64,000 nucleotides of DNA from Octopus sinensis. Its lineage: Eukaryota. The position numbers and the translations under genes were made by a program. The first letter of the stretch is position 1; each line of letters begins with the position of its first letter. Below are positions 51,006-64,000 of the stretch, piece by piece. The notes under the pieces are model-generated. The model made no database searches, was not told the DNA's origin, and saw only the letters and a list, made by a program, of their open reading frames with translations. The stretch covers positions 114,514,001 through 114,578,000 of the forward strand of contig NC_043001.1 of NCBI RefSeq assembly GCF_006345805.1. Direction: 5' to 3'.

Positions 51006-51904
51006 TTATATATATATACATAAACACACATACACACACACACACACATACACACATATACACACATATATATAAGTTCGTTTTCTATGTTCTTGCTTTT
51101 ATGTTTTCGTTTCTTATTCTGTCCTTGTTTTTTTGATTTCCTGTACCCACATATGCATGTATATATACATATATTTGTAGGTATGTACATATATCTATGT
51201 ATATATGCATATATTTATATACTATTTATATTATTATATGATCGAACGCCTCGCGTCCTTTTCCAAATAAGTTTTATCTTGATAATTACGATGCGCACAC
51301 TTCTATCTCTTTTCTGTCTATCTATCTCCATTTCTTGTTCTTCTTTCTTTCTGTTTTTCCTCCCAACCTTTCCCTGTTCTTCTCCTCTCCCATTCAGCGT
51401 TCTCTCTCTCTCTCTCTCTCTCTCCTCTCACTGTTCCTCCTTGATTCTCTCGTTGCTCACACGTAACCAACGGCCATTCTTTCTTTCTTCCACTTCCTTC
51501 CTAAAGATGCGACGTGCTTTTATCTGTCTGTTTTCAAAGCTCATTTTTCCAGCGTTCACCACTTCACATCGTCTTAACAGCCTTCACCGTTTGTTCTAGC
51601 TGTTTTTTTTTCTCACTGTCCTGTTTTTATAAGCACTTTCACCTTCCGCAAAAAATCCCAAATTTTATTTAATTTGCTTCGCGGGAAGAATTGTTTTAAC
51701 GACGTCGCGTCTTGTCCTTGCTTTCGGAACGCGGAGTAGGTAAAACAGGGGACAATTGAAGAAGAGAATGTCTCGTTTCTCTGTTTGTTTTTTTCTCGTT
51801 GTTCGAAAAAATTTCTTTACTATGTTTTTGTATTTAATGTTCTTATTTCTCATTCTGTCTACGTTTATTAATGTCTTGTAGCCATATATGCATGTATATA
51901 TGCA

Positions 51905-52317
51905 CAGATTATATTTTTGGCTATTCGATTTATAATCAATCGCCTGTCATCTATCAGCATGAAAACGATTAATGTTTTCCTCGGTGATGTTAGTTGCAAG
52001 ACGTCCAGACCTTGGCTCATCTTCAAGAATCCCTTTCCTCTCCTAGATTCAGCTACCCACTGTAACACTGTTGATAAAGCTGGAGCATCATTCCATAGCA
52101 TGGAAGCCATATCAACATTAATGTCGCTGGGGACCAACATTTTATTTTACAGGTACTTGATAACACCACGATGTCAAATTTCCTTCTTTTAGCTAGTTAC
52201 CTGGGGGGAAAAAACAAATTAGTTATTAATAAGAAGATTCGAAATTAATGCATGCAAGTTTTCACAGCTCTACCATCACTCCTTCATGGTCAGTTTATGA
52301 AGTTTTCAGCCTACCCC

Positions 52318-52320
<3 letters not shown>
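51905..52320 (-). mobile_element. Mariner 5' fragment (TIR and HTH region)
   Basis: TA|CACGGGGTAGGCTGAAAAC terminus. GVIKYL...DAPALSTVLQWVAESRRG, LEDEPRSGRLAT.ITEENI, DDRRL. Confidence 0.75.
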
Positions 52321-52358
<38 letters not shown>

Positions 52359-52887
52359 TATACAATAAATTGCACACACGCATTATATGTGCGTATACAT
52401 TGAATCGTGTGTGCATTTTATTGAATATATAAACGTAAATATTTACTCTCATACATTACTAGTTGCATGCAAGAAAGAAGTTTTTACTTAGAATAGAAAA
52501 TTAGATCGAAAAAAAAAGAATAATTACGAAAAGAATTTTGAGGATATAACATCAAAAAAACGTGTGATATCTATTGAGTGGGAGAAATGATCACAAGAAT
52601 GAGAATCTTTTATTATAAAGCAGGAATACCATTGATAAACTTATGGCATCTTTCAAAGACCACATGACATCTGTCTTACAAGGATGACAAATTACTAGAT
52701 GTCAGCAGGTAATTGATACGAATATTTCCATCTTGTTGCAGGTATTTATGATTCAGTCACAGATCTTGCACGCATATACAAATAAAGGTATGTCGTGCGA
52801 AATGGTTTATATGGCACCTAAACACACACACACACACATATGTATATATACTTGAATGTATATGTGTATACGTGTATATATATATAT

Positions 52888-52923
<36 letters not shown>

Positions 52924-53279
52924 TAACATCCATATATTATATAATATATATATATATATAATATATTAATATATATATATATATACGGAACATAATTACA
53001 TTATCTGCATACATATACGTGTATGTATGCATATATACACATACATATATATATATGAAAAGAAAGAAAGACCAGGCCCATATTTGATATGATCATTTTC
53101 GGGGTACTTTTTCAATATTTCACAATAAAAAAAGCAAACTTTTACATGCTAAAACTTTTGCTTTCGTTTTTGGAGAATACGTTATACTGTAGTGGTTAAA
53201 TTTTCATCGTAGTTACCCTTTCTAAATAAGTTTAGATCACACCTATATCAGATATCGCATAGTGTATGAGTTAAAAGCG

Positions 53280-53750
53280 ATTCCCTCAGCAATGTACCCG
53301 AAACAAGTTTATACCCCCTGAATGAAGAAATATAAAGCGTAATGTTTATCATGGAGTATTAAACCAAAATGAGGCAGTTCATGGGGTGAAGTATCGTCGT
53401 CAGTATGAAGCTTTGCACGAAAAACGACAGAAAAATCGCCCATCGCTCGTCAGTTTCAAAGAGATGTTGCTCTTACAAGTTAATCCATGCTCAAATATAG
53501 CCCACTTCATTCGGTAAAAAAAAAAAACATTATAGTAATAAATATCTAAGTTTTGCTTCTCATTCTGCTGATCTAGTCACATCTGATAATCATCTTGCCA
53601 TGGCAGCATTATTTAGAGGTTAAAAAGTTTATCAATTGTGAGGAGATTAAATATGATATTGTGTGTTTTTTGCACCGAAACCTGAAGAATTTTACACCTA
53701 AGTGATCAGAATTCTGGCAAATTGATAAGATTTCGTTATCAATAATGAGA
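53280..53750 (+). mobile_element. Highly degenerate mariner catalytic-domain fragment
   Basis: Broken frames resembling Y.RQ.E.LHEK.QKNRPSLV...LLLQ.NP and DLVTSD.HL. Confidence 0.45.
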
Positions 53751-53839
53751 GGAAACCTTATCGTAATTAAATATATTAATTAAGATCAAAGAAGCACTTG
53801 TTTCTTTTCCCATCTTAAAATACGACAGGTATTTCTTCA

Positions 53840-54340
<501 letters not shown>

Positions 54341-54708
54341 CATCAAACATGCCTACATAGATATATAAATACAAACAATATATACATACACATACTGCAT
54401 ACAGACAGATAGACAGAGAGAAAAACATCAACCTAAATTTTCTACAGAAGCTGTGCTATCGACAGGCACCACCTACGAAGAGATGAATGAGTTTTAGGCT
54501 TGAGATCACTGCAGGCAACCTTTCAATGTCATCATCTTCTTGAGACGATATCTGCAAAACAATAACAACAGTAAAAATAAATACACAATTTTTGTGGTTG
54601 AAAAGCAAAGAGAGCAACATCTAATATCTCGGCAGTGAGCTTCTTAATGAACTCCTATAAAATCCTCAAACTGTTGGACTTACGTACTGAAAAGATCTAG
54701 ATTTAGCG

Positions 54709-55374
54709 AAGATGTTGCTGTGTGGTAAGATGCTTACTTCCCAACCACATGGTACAGGCTGCTTTCATTTTCGTCTACCAAATTCATTCTCAAGGCTCTG
54801 GTCAATCTGAGGCTATTATTGTAGAAGGCACTTGCCCAAGATGCCACGTTGCAGACCAATAGAATAAGTACTGGAAGCACTCCGTCGGTTACGATGACGA
54901 GGGTTCCGGTTGATCCGAATCAATGGAACAGCCTGCTCGTGAAATTAACGTGTAAGTGGCTGAGCACTCCACAGACACGTGCACCCTAAACGTAGTTCTC
55001 GGGGATATTCAGCGTGACATAGAGAGTGACAAGGCCGGCCCTTTGAAATACAGGTACAACAGAAACAGGAAGTAAGAGTGAGAGAAATTTGTGGTGAAAG
55101 AGTGCAGCAGGGATCACCGCCATCCCCTGCCGGAGCCTCGTTTGGGCTTTAGGTGTTTTCGCTCAATAAACACTCACAACGCCCGGTCCTGGAATCGAAA
55201 CCGCGATCCTATGACCGCGAGTCCGCTGCCCTAACCACTGGGCCATTGCGCCTCCACAGAATAAGTACTAAGCTTACGAAGAATAAATCCTGGTGTCGAT
55301 TTGCTCGACTAAAGGCGGTGCTCCAGGATGGCCGCAATCAAATGGCTGAAACAAGTAAAAGAGTAAAAGAGTAA
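54709..55374 (+). mobile_element. SINE B with an internal inversion, split by a SINE C insertion
   Basis: Head 54709-54753; inverted core 54754-54848; 3' part resumes at 54853 and continues at 55258-55374. Confidence 0.75.
54873..55257 (-). mobile_element. SINE family C, full length, nested in SINE B
   Basis: 12-bp TSD AGAATAAGTACT at 54861-54872 and 55258-55269. Confidence 0.92.
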
Positions 55375-55379
55375 GCCAT

Positions 55380-56270
55380 CACAAATGTGATTAGAAGCTC
55401 CCCAAATATTTCATCACTGTACCACCTCCCTATGCGACACGACGATATCGCTAAAACAATATACAGTGCCATTTGAAATAAATATAGAAAACTGACTGGC
55501 ATTGAATATATACACAAGCATCAACACTAGAAGTAGTGGTTGAACATTCTCATATGTTCTCTCATGTGTAAACATAACAGAGCGGATAGAGTCATTTAGG
55601 ACGAACATAGGAAATTATGTACCCTCATAGAGGTCAGTTGCCCTACTCATGTGAATATCTGATCAAAAATCATCAAGGAAAGGAAGTGCTACGAAAACTT
55701 CACCTTCGATGTCTAGATTATAAATTCACAGGCGCAGGAGTGGCTGTGTGGTAAGTAGCTTGTTTACCAACCACATGGTTCCGGGTTCAGTTCCACTGCG
55801 TCGCACCTTGGGCAAGTGTCTTCTACTATAGCCTCGGGCCGACCAAAGCCCTGTGAGTGGATTTGGTAGACGGAAACTGAAAGAAGTCCGTCCTATATAT
55901 GTATATATATGTATGTGCGTGTATGTTTGTGTGTCTGTGTTTGTCCCCCTTGACAACCGATGCCAGTGTGATTATGTCCCCGTTACTTAGCGGTTCGGCA
56001 AAAGAGACCGATAGAATAAGTACTGGGCTTACAAAAGAATAAGTCCCGGGAACGAATTGCTCCATTAAAGGCGGTGCTCCAGCATGGCCGCAGTCAAATG
56101 ACTGAAACAAGTAAAAGAGTAAAAGAGTAAAGAGTTATACCAATAATACTTGGTACACTTGATGACAATCTGGATGAGCTTGGGTTTACAAAATAAAAAA
56201 TCAACTAAATAATTTTCACATTACTAATACAATATGTAGGTGGAACAGTAGAAATATGCAAGCTTAAATG
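55380..56270 (+). mobile_element. Degenerate 3' part of a second RLE-type LINE, interrupted by SINE B
   Basis: LPMRHDDIAKTIY, CKHNRADRVI*DEHRKLCTLIEVSCP, and after the SINE IPIILGTL...LDELGF and GTVEICK. Multiple stops. Confidence 0.7.
55731..56134 (+). mobile_element. SINE family B, full length
   Basis: GGCGCAGGAGTGGCTGTGTGGTAAG to (GAGTAAAA)n. Confidence 0.92.
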
Positions 56271-56471
56271 TGAATTTGTTTAGTTTTTGTTTTGGTTTTT
56301 TAATTTTAATTAGTTGATTTTATTTCATCTCTTCTCACATTTCATGATTGTCTGAGCAGCTTAAGATGAGTTCTGTGAAGTGAGTACCTCATTAATGTCA
56401 CTGTCATTTACCAAGGAACATATATATATACACACACAATTTTTATATACATACATACATACATACATACA

Positions 56472-56532
<61 letters not shown>

Positions 56533-56551
56533 TTATATATATATATATATA

Positions 56552-56587
<36 letters not shown>

Positions 56588-56774
56588 CAATAAGAAAATG
56601 GAGGGGATAAATAGGTGGTATTCATCAAATTATATTATGTCAATTTATTTACATATTCACTACAAGGACAAGTACAACAATATATACACATGTGTAACAT
56701 ATTATGCTTTACATATATAATATATAAAATATATAAATATCAGTAAGTATTAAAATATATAACATATAGCAATA

Positions 56775-57165
56775 GAAATTGGGATAATATCTTACAGCTG
56801 TTTCAGCCAAGAGGCAAACATACTTCATTCTACCATTATCCCTCAAGTAGATTCATGTAATTAGTAGATGGAATTGAGGTACTTGGGTGTTTCTCTAGGC
56901 GTTGTCAGAGATTTTAGAAAGTACATAAGGTTATAAATATAAATTAGAGATAAAACCACAATTATGCAACTCACAATGATAGACACAAACCAAAACATAA
57001 ATAACAAATAAAATATATTTTCATAAAACAGATATCTATTCATTAGTATATTTTTTGTGATCTAGTTATGTTTTATAAAAATATGTCTCTATTTGTTATT
57101 TATGTTTTGGTGCGTGTCTATCATTCTTTGAGTTGCATAATAGTGGTTTTATCTCTAATTTATAT
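56775..57165 (-). mobile_element. Penelope-associated relic: degenerate hammerhead plus inverted terminal duplication
   Basis: Minus strand AUCU-CUGACAA-CGCC...GGCU-GAAACAGCUGUA-AGAU. Hairpin about 56938-57165 containing TAGTGGTTTTATCTCTAATTT, a motif shared with the 8-kb element. Confidence 0.5.
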
Positions 57166-57377
57166 TATATATATATATATGTGTGTGTGTGGGGGGGGGG
57201 GTGTCTGTGTGTGTGTGTACACACGCACACACACATAAAGAGATAATACATATTGAAGAATAGTCTACTTATATGATCTGAATTATGCAATTCATCGCTT
57301 TCTCTTCCCTATATGTACGCACGCACACACACATATACACATACAAATACATACATGTATGTACATTATCATCATCA

Positions 57378-57379
<2 letters not shown>

Positions 57380-57442
<63 letters not shown>

Positions 57443-57543
57443 GAGTGAGAGAGCAGTTCATGCCATCAAATGACACTGGGGTAAAATATACGAAGCCCAA
57501 TATACCCATCATGACTACCCGTCTGATAAGGGTACACCAGGCA

Positions 57544-57635
<92 letters not shown>
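57380..57635. repeat. (TTA)n tracts flanking a ~100-bp non-repetitive insert (57442-57545)
   Basis: Direct inspection. The insert is probably a retroelement fragment. Confidence 0.7.
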
Positions 57636-57636
<1 letters not shown>

Positions 57637-57966
57637 GACAATTATTTAGCAGAAGCAACAGCTGACTCAAGCCCTGAGTGTTTCATGCGTAAATTGTCAA
57701 CTCACGTAAATCTTGGCCCGTGAGTCACTCTGCTGCTTATGCTAAATGTTAATGAAAACACATATACTCATATTTCGAGTTCTATTTTACCTGTATGCAT
57801 CAACATTCCTTTATATGCAGACATTTGTATAATAGATGCACACATAAGGATATACATATATATATATATATTAATATATATACACACAAATAGTATACAT
57901 ATATTAATATGTACGTGCACACATATATGCGTATAGAAAATAAACGTACATATAAACGTAAACGTA

Positions 57967-58400
57967 CGCAGGAGTTGTTGTGTGGTAAGTAGCTTGCTTA
58001 CCAACCACATGGTTCCGGGTTCAGTCCCACTGCGTGGCATCTTGGGCAAGTGTCTTCTGCTATAGCCCCGGGCCGACCAATGCCTTGTGAGTGGATTTGG
58101 TAGACGGAAACTGAAAGAAGCCTGTCGTATATATGTATATATATATGTATGTGTGTGTGTGTTTGTGTGTCTGTGTTTGTCCCCCTAGCATTTCTTGACA
58201 ACCGATGTTGGTGTGTTTACGTCCCCGTCACTTAGCGGCTCGGCAAAAGAGACCGATAGAATAAGTACTGGGCTTACAAAAGAATAAGTCCCGGGGTCGA
58301 GTTGTTCGATTAAAGGCGGTGCTCCAGCATGGCCGCAGTCAAATGACTGAAACAAGTAAAAGAGTAAAAGAGTAAAGACGAAAGAGTAAAGAGTAAAGAG
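57967..58400 (+). mobile_element. SINE family B, full length
   Basis: Same consensus as the other B copies. Confidence 0.92.
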
Positions 58401-59124
58401 ATATACATAGTTCTGTGGGAGATATATTGGCTGATACACTTCAAAGATCTACAACGCTTGTGTTATTATTACTACTACCTTTAGATAGTTTTATTCATAA
58501 CCTCTCTTGAATCACTAATTTCCTACAAAGAGCATATATATTTTGATCTAAGTATAGCCACACACACACACACACAGACACACATATATCGAATGACTGC
58601 TGCAAGGCTATCAAACAAGAACACTAGGTGGTGTTATGATGAAAGCCAGCATAATAATGTAATGGCGAGAGCGTTGTGGTTCCACAGTGACAGAGACATG
58701 TGAGGGATATGGCGTTGATCGGTGTTGTATGGTGGTGCGTGTTTTGTCTTTGTGACGTTGATTTTTTTAAAATTTAGGATTTATCTCTACTCTTTATTTG
58801 ACTTGTTGTTATGTTATATTTAAATTTGGATAAGTTTCATTATCTCTATAGGTGGGAAGTAAGAGATGCTAGTTGTAGCCATAGCTTTTATTGTCGCATT
58901 GGTGATAGCGAAGAATATGAAGACGACAACAAGCGCCATCATTATTATCGTCGGCGTCATCCTTGTCATCTTGATCAAGATCATGATTATCATGATGATT
59001 GTCATCATCTTTGGTCTTCCGCTGTCATAATCATGATTCTCGCCATCGTCACGATCATCTGAATACCACAGCACCACAGTCAGCCTATCATCATCATCAT
59101 CGTATTATCTCCTTCGTCTTTGTC

Positions 59125-59158
<34 letters not shown>

Positions 59159-60497
59159 ACAGCAGCAGCAGGAAATTTCAGAGGGTTTCATTATTTTTAA
59201 ATCACACTCAGTTTCAGGACAGAGAGAGATGGGGAGAGAGAAAGAAATAAAAAAAAGAAAGAAAGAAGAAAGAAAGAATGAATGAAAGAAAGGAAGAAAG
59301 AAGGAAAATTAGAAGCGAGAAAAGGGAGTGAATGAGCGGTAGTAATTGCCGAATGATGTAGTCATACATCCTCATGTTTTTCACTGTTATTTTTCGTTAA
59401 TCATGTGCGGCACTCTGATATCTGTATTTTAATATATATACTCTGTCATCCTTGGTCAGACATTTCTGTTCAGGCCAATGGTTAATAAGCATTCAAGTCA
59501 TGAACATGCCTTCCTTCTCTAGTAATATATTATACAATGTGTCTTCCCGTAGGCTTTAATTTGAGGCAGATATGGCTACTATTTTTAGCAAAATGAACGA
59601 ACGCTTAAAAGATCCCTCTTTGGCTCCTTATCATCCTTGATCGAGCTGTCATTTGATCAAATGCGTTTCATTTCTGACCACACATCTTTTTACTTATGTG
59701 CCATCAAGACAGAATCACTTTTTAATGTTCTTTTAAACCTTTGCTCTTATTTCAAAACCTCATATTCGTAGCTTGCTACAGATTTTCGCATACTTTCATG
59801 AAGCTTGCTACTTCTCACCCTCCCTCTTTGTACTCCCTGGGAAACATCTAGCATTTCTGTGGAATGCATAAACTTTCATGATTAAACGTAGCATGCACTT
59901 TTATTCCAAACTTCCGCACCAGCACTGCAGATCACTCTTAAGCCACTGCACAAATACCGCAGTATGAGTACTCCCCCATATCGTCAGATAATTATTCTCA
60001 TCATAGTATTCCTGTTTGATGTGATACCATAAATATTAAGACTATCGGCAGCACTAAATAGTCCACTAACGATTAATTCTCTTCTCTTGGGTAACAAGTA
60101 ATGTAACAGTTTCTATAACGTTGCATTAAATAACAGTAATATGCTAAACCTTGCATCCTTCATGCTTACTCCTCTCCATTCTTCAATGTCACGTGTTTTA
60201 ATCAACTATTTCCTCCCATCATGTTATTCTCCACACTAATTTAATTAAATATATTTCCTTGTCTTACTAATTTACGTTTTAATAGATTCCCTTTCAGATT
60301 CTATCACTAGTATATTCACATGTGTGTCTGTTTGTGTGTAATTTGTGTGTCTGTGAAAGTTCGCTGTGTCTGTGTTCAAGTACCAGTGCATGTACGTAAT
60401 AATGCGTTTTAAAATGTGTACATGTGTGTGCTTGCGCGAGTGTACTTATGTAAGTAACGGTGTTGATGATTGTTTTTATACCTGATTATCTGTATCG

Positions 60498-60577
<80 letters not shown>

Positions 60578-60578
60578 C

Positions 60579-60640
<62 letters not shown>
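60498..60640 (+). repeat. (CTAT)n microsatellite
   Basis: Direct inspection. Confidence 0.95.
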
Positions 60641-61552
60641 GTGTGTTGTCTATCTACATGTTGTGGAGGGTGTTTCGTTTGTGAACTGAATTTGGAGGTA
60701 ACTGAAAATTTCTTAAAGCTGCTTGTAAAAGAGATTAACAAATCTCACGATCAAATGACAGAAGCTTTATTTATTGCACATAGGGTTTTCTGCGTTGCTC
60801 TTTGGGCGAAAAAGTAAAAGTGACAATTTATACACACTGGGAGAGACATACTATTGGCTTAACAACGAACTAGTTGTTACCTGTGATTGGACCATCACAA
60901 CTGGAAAAATAATCCCGCTAAATTCATGTTCGCAAAAGCTGTACCATTCATCTGCAACGGTTGGGGAATGAAATGAGAATAGAGATATTAAAGCGGATAT
61001 TAAAGCATTCTGAAGTTGCCACCTGAACCCCACCACTTCATAGGGATCATTAGAAAGTTTTAGAATGTCGAATCATGTGACTGCACGACACTGACTGGTA
61101 AATTAACAGGCAGATCATTATAGATGTCAGTGATCACACCGTGGTGTCTGCAAAGCTATCCAGTGGTTCGGTTTCAAATCTGTTACATGTCTGTCTATCT
61201 ATATCTATCTGTCTGTCTGTGTATCTGTCAGTCTGAGTGTCTGTCTGTCCGTCTGTCTGTCTATATATATATGTGCATGTGCGCGGTCGCATACGCGTGC
61301 GTGTACATACTTATTCAATTCGAGATACATTTCAGGATGCTCTTATATGTGCATTCTTAATTTGATCAAACTTTTTTGCTAGCAGGATTAATGCACTTAA
61401 TTTGATGGATGAAAGCCTGAAGATTCTTTCGGTGTAAGTTGGCGCATATCTATGTGGATGAGAGAAGATGCATGGTTCGTATACAGAAAGCGCATTTCTA
61501 CATTTCCGTACAAGGGATTTTCAACCCTAAGCTATTCTCTATAGTTGAATAA

Positions 61553-61770
61553 AGGCGACGAGCTGGCAGAATTGTGAGGACGTCGGTCAAAATGCCTAAC
61601 TGTATGTCATCAAGCTTTTTACTTTCTGAGTTCAAATTCAGCCAAAGTCGACTTTGCCTTCCATCCTTTCGGGGTCGATGAAAATAAAGTTCCAGCCAAG
61701 TACTGCGATCGATGTAAACGACTTGCCTCTTCCTTCAAAAATTGGTGGTTAGAATTTGAAATGATTATTT
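61553..61770 (+). mobile_element. Degenerate SINE A2
   Basis: AGGCGACGAGCTGGCAGAA head, GAGTTCAAATTC B box, A core. Confidence 0.75.
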
Positions 61771-61893
61771 ATACTTCAATTCAAGATACACGCTTTATAT
61801 TGGCATATTTCTTGATACCTCACCATTTGCGTTCTAAACGGAAGCGATTTCTTTTACATTACATCATTTAGTGTAGAGATCAATATTATTATA

Positions 61894-62124
61894 AGGCGGC
61901 GAGCTGGCAGAAACGTTAGCGCGCCGGGCGAAATGCTTAGCGGTATTTCGTCTGTCGTTACGTTCTGAGTTCAAATTCCGCCGAGGTCGACTTTGCCTTT
62001 CATCCTTTCGGGGTCGATAAATAAAGTACCAGTTTCGCACTGGGGTCGATGTAATCTACTTAATCCCTTTATCTGTCCTTGTTTGTCCCCTCTATGTTTA
62101 GCCCCTTGTGGGTAGTGAAAAAAA
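61894..62124 (+). mobile_element. SINE family A monomer, full length
   Basis: 11-bp TSD ATTATTATAAG at 61885-61895 and 62125-62135. Confidence 0.93.
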
Positions 62125-63186
62125 ATTATTATAAGTTACTGATATATTTTCTTTTAATTATCATTGGGTTAACGATGCTATCCATTACAAACAAATGCTT
62201 CGTATGGCCGAACATATTGGGAAAGAAGTTTAAAGGTTATAATTTACATTTAATTTACATCTATATTTGACTGCTGTTTATTTTTGTCTTTTACCATGGC
62301 AGTGTGAAAGGTAAATTCTGGCTTGATTCGTGATAAACTCGATAGGCAAAGAGACCTGGCTAAATACGGCGAGGTGATCATTCTATGACTGCATATATTT
62401 GTACCAATATCAATGGATGCAGAAGATATGTCCATATATTATCCAAAGACTTGTGACCACATGGAATTTGATGTATTTCTTTCCAATGACTCAATCCAAT
62501 AGCTGTGCGCTCTGACCGCCCAAACAGGTATGCCACTAAAAAATCCGGTACGAATGGCAGTTGAAGTCGTGGTTTTGTGACTGCAATTCCGTACAAAGTA
62601 TATAGTTATGACTTACTATTAAGCTCATACATTAAAGAAATTATCAGTGCATCTTTAAAATGTACCTAAATAATTTTCCCCAATGTATGAAACTATATAA
62701 GCAGTTCATAATTATATACTGTGTACATTATACTCTGTGTGCGTGTGAGTATACATACATACATACATACATACATACATACATACATACATACATACAT
62801 ACATACATGAATCCATTCGGCCATTCATCCATCCATCCATCCATACATACATACATACATACATCCATCCATACATACATACATACATACATAAGCACAC
62901 GTACAGAATATAGTTAAGAAGCTCGCTTCGCAATGATGATGCCCTGAGTTGCATTTTACCCTAGTACCTCTTCGGCAATTCGCATTTCCATAGACTGAGA
63001 TCGGTTCGATCTTTGTAATTAAAACCGAGTAGGTAGTAACTCTTTCGAAGCCCCTTGGAATTTGCGGAACTTGCCAGTTACAGATTTCACTTTGTAACAT
63101 ACTATCCACTTGATTTTCACCGAGAATCGTTTTTAGGATACATGTATCTATCTGTAATATACTGAACCACTTACAATAAGCAAATA

Positions 63187-63708
63187 CCGTAAATCATCGA
63201 GTATGATCCACATTTTCCCCCAAAAATTTAAAGGTCAAAATCCCTAGTGCGTATTATATACGAGGTTAAAAATGAAAAATATTTCCTAAGCAATGTCCGA
63301 GTCTCTATTTGCTGTCCGGCAATGTTTATTCAGACACATTTTGCTATGTCGGGCGCGGAAATACCTTAAGCTAAGCCTGAAAGCAACGAAGCCATAAAAG
63401 AATCATCAATAACTTGCAGTAAGCAACATTTATTGAAGTATAAGTATTCAGAACACAGAATAACATGTAACAAAAACAATTTGCAAACATATTTACATTC
63501 CCATATAACAGTTAAGAACATCACCATTATTGTACTACGCATGCGCGGAAGCGTTTGCTCGACTAGGTGCTGCTGGCTTAATTACGCGCGACTCAATTTA
63601 GAGAAGGGGTGCGTATTATACACAAGGTTTAGGTTTTTCAGAAGTACAGCCCCCTAAAAATCCCTTGCGTATTATACTTAAGGGCGGACTATACTCGAGG
63701 ATTTACGG
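63187..63708. mobile_element. Tc2/pogo-like MITE (522 bp)
   Basis: TA TSD. TIRs CCGTAAATCATCGAGTATGATCC and CCGTAAATCCTCGAGTATAGTCC (20/23). Three direct TGCGTATTATA subterminal repeats. Confidence 0.85.
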
Positions 63709-64000
63709 TAAGTAGATGATCTCTTTGAAACAGCTACTGGAACAGTCATCATCGAAAGTGATGCTTTAACATTACATTTAATCTACATTTACTTATGTAC
63801 TCACTCAATAATATATACACGAATGTACACATTTATGCGTACAAAAGCCGACAGAGTCATCGTATATCCATGAAACATTAATCACCTTTGAGGCTTTGAG
63901 GCTAAAAGAATAGAAGAATAATAGAATGTAATCAAATAATTGCATCCTAACAATACTGTAATCCTAGACGTAGTGTTTGCATTAATAGACATTAGGAAAA

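Noticed and set aside
60690-60817. Non-repetitive tail of the ORF at 60470-60817
   Set aside because: No recognisable motif or splice support; the ORF start is a (CTAT)n artefact.
62250-62620. Possible degenerate CR1-like C-terminus on the minus strand
   Set aside because: Only faint resemblance (PVW, FAYRV..NLP) across different frames, which is insufficient.

Overview
AT-rich animal genomic DNA saturated with repeats. I infer octopus or another coleoid cephalopod from the tRNA-derived SINE types and the extreme (TA)n/(TG)n/(TAA)n/(GGT)n density. I recognise no host protein-coding gene, rRNA, real tRNA or CRISPR array, so the window is probably a gene desert or a long intron. Most ORF-track entries are microsatellite artefacts. 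Supported content: a young 5'-truncated CR1/L2-group LINE (2959-5398); a second, internally deleted CR1/L2-group LINE preceded by a Myb/SANT-like ORF (about 37530-38874); R4/Dong-type (RLE) LINE pieces, two of them in a (TAA)n tract; a Penelope-like RT relic; mariner (DD34D), maT-like and Tc2/pogo-like DNA transposon remnants; MITEs and foldbacks; a non-autonomous Helitron; and about 28 SINE copies from five families, labelled A-E here for convenience. The top observation is a non-coding 430-nt tandem dimer (8043-8840) in which each unit carries a type I hammerhead ribozyme with a complete catalytic core, followed by an inverted partial copy. This is the architecture of a retrozyme or Penelope pLTR, and degenerate hammerhead relics occur elsewhere in the window. 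All calls are by eye, with no database search; boundaries of degenerate elements are approximate.
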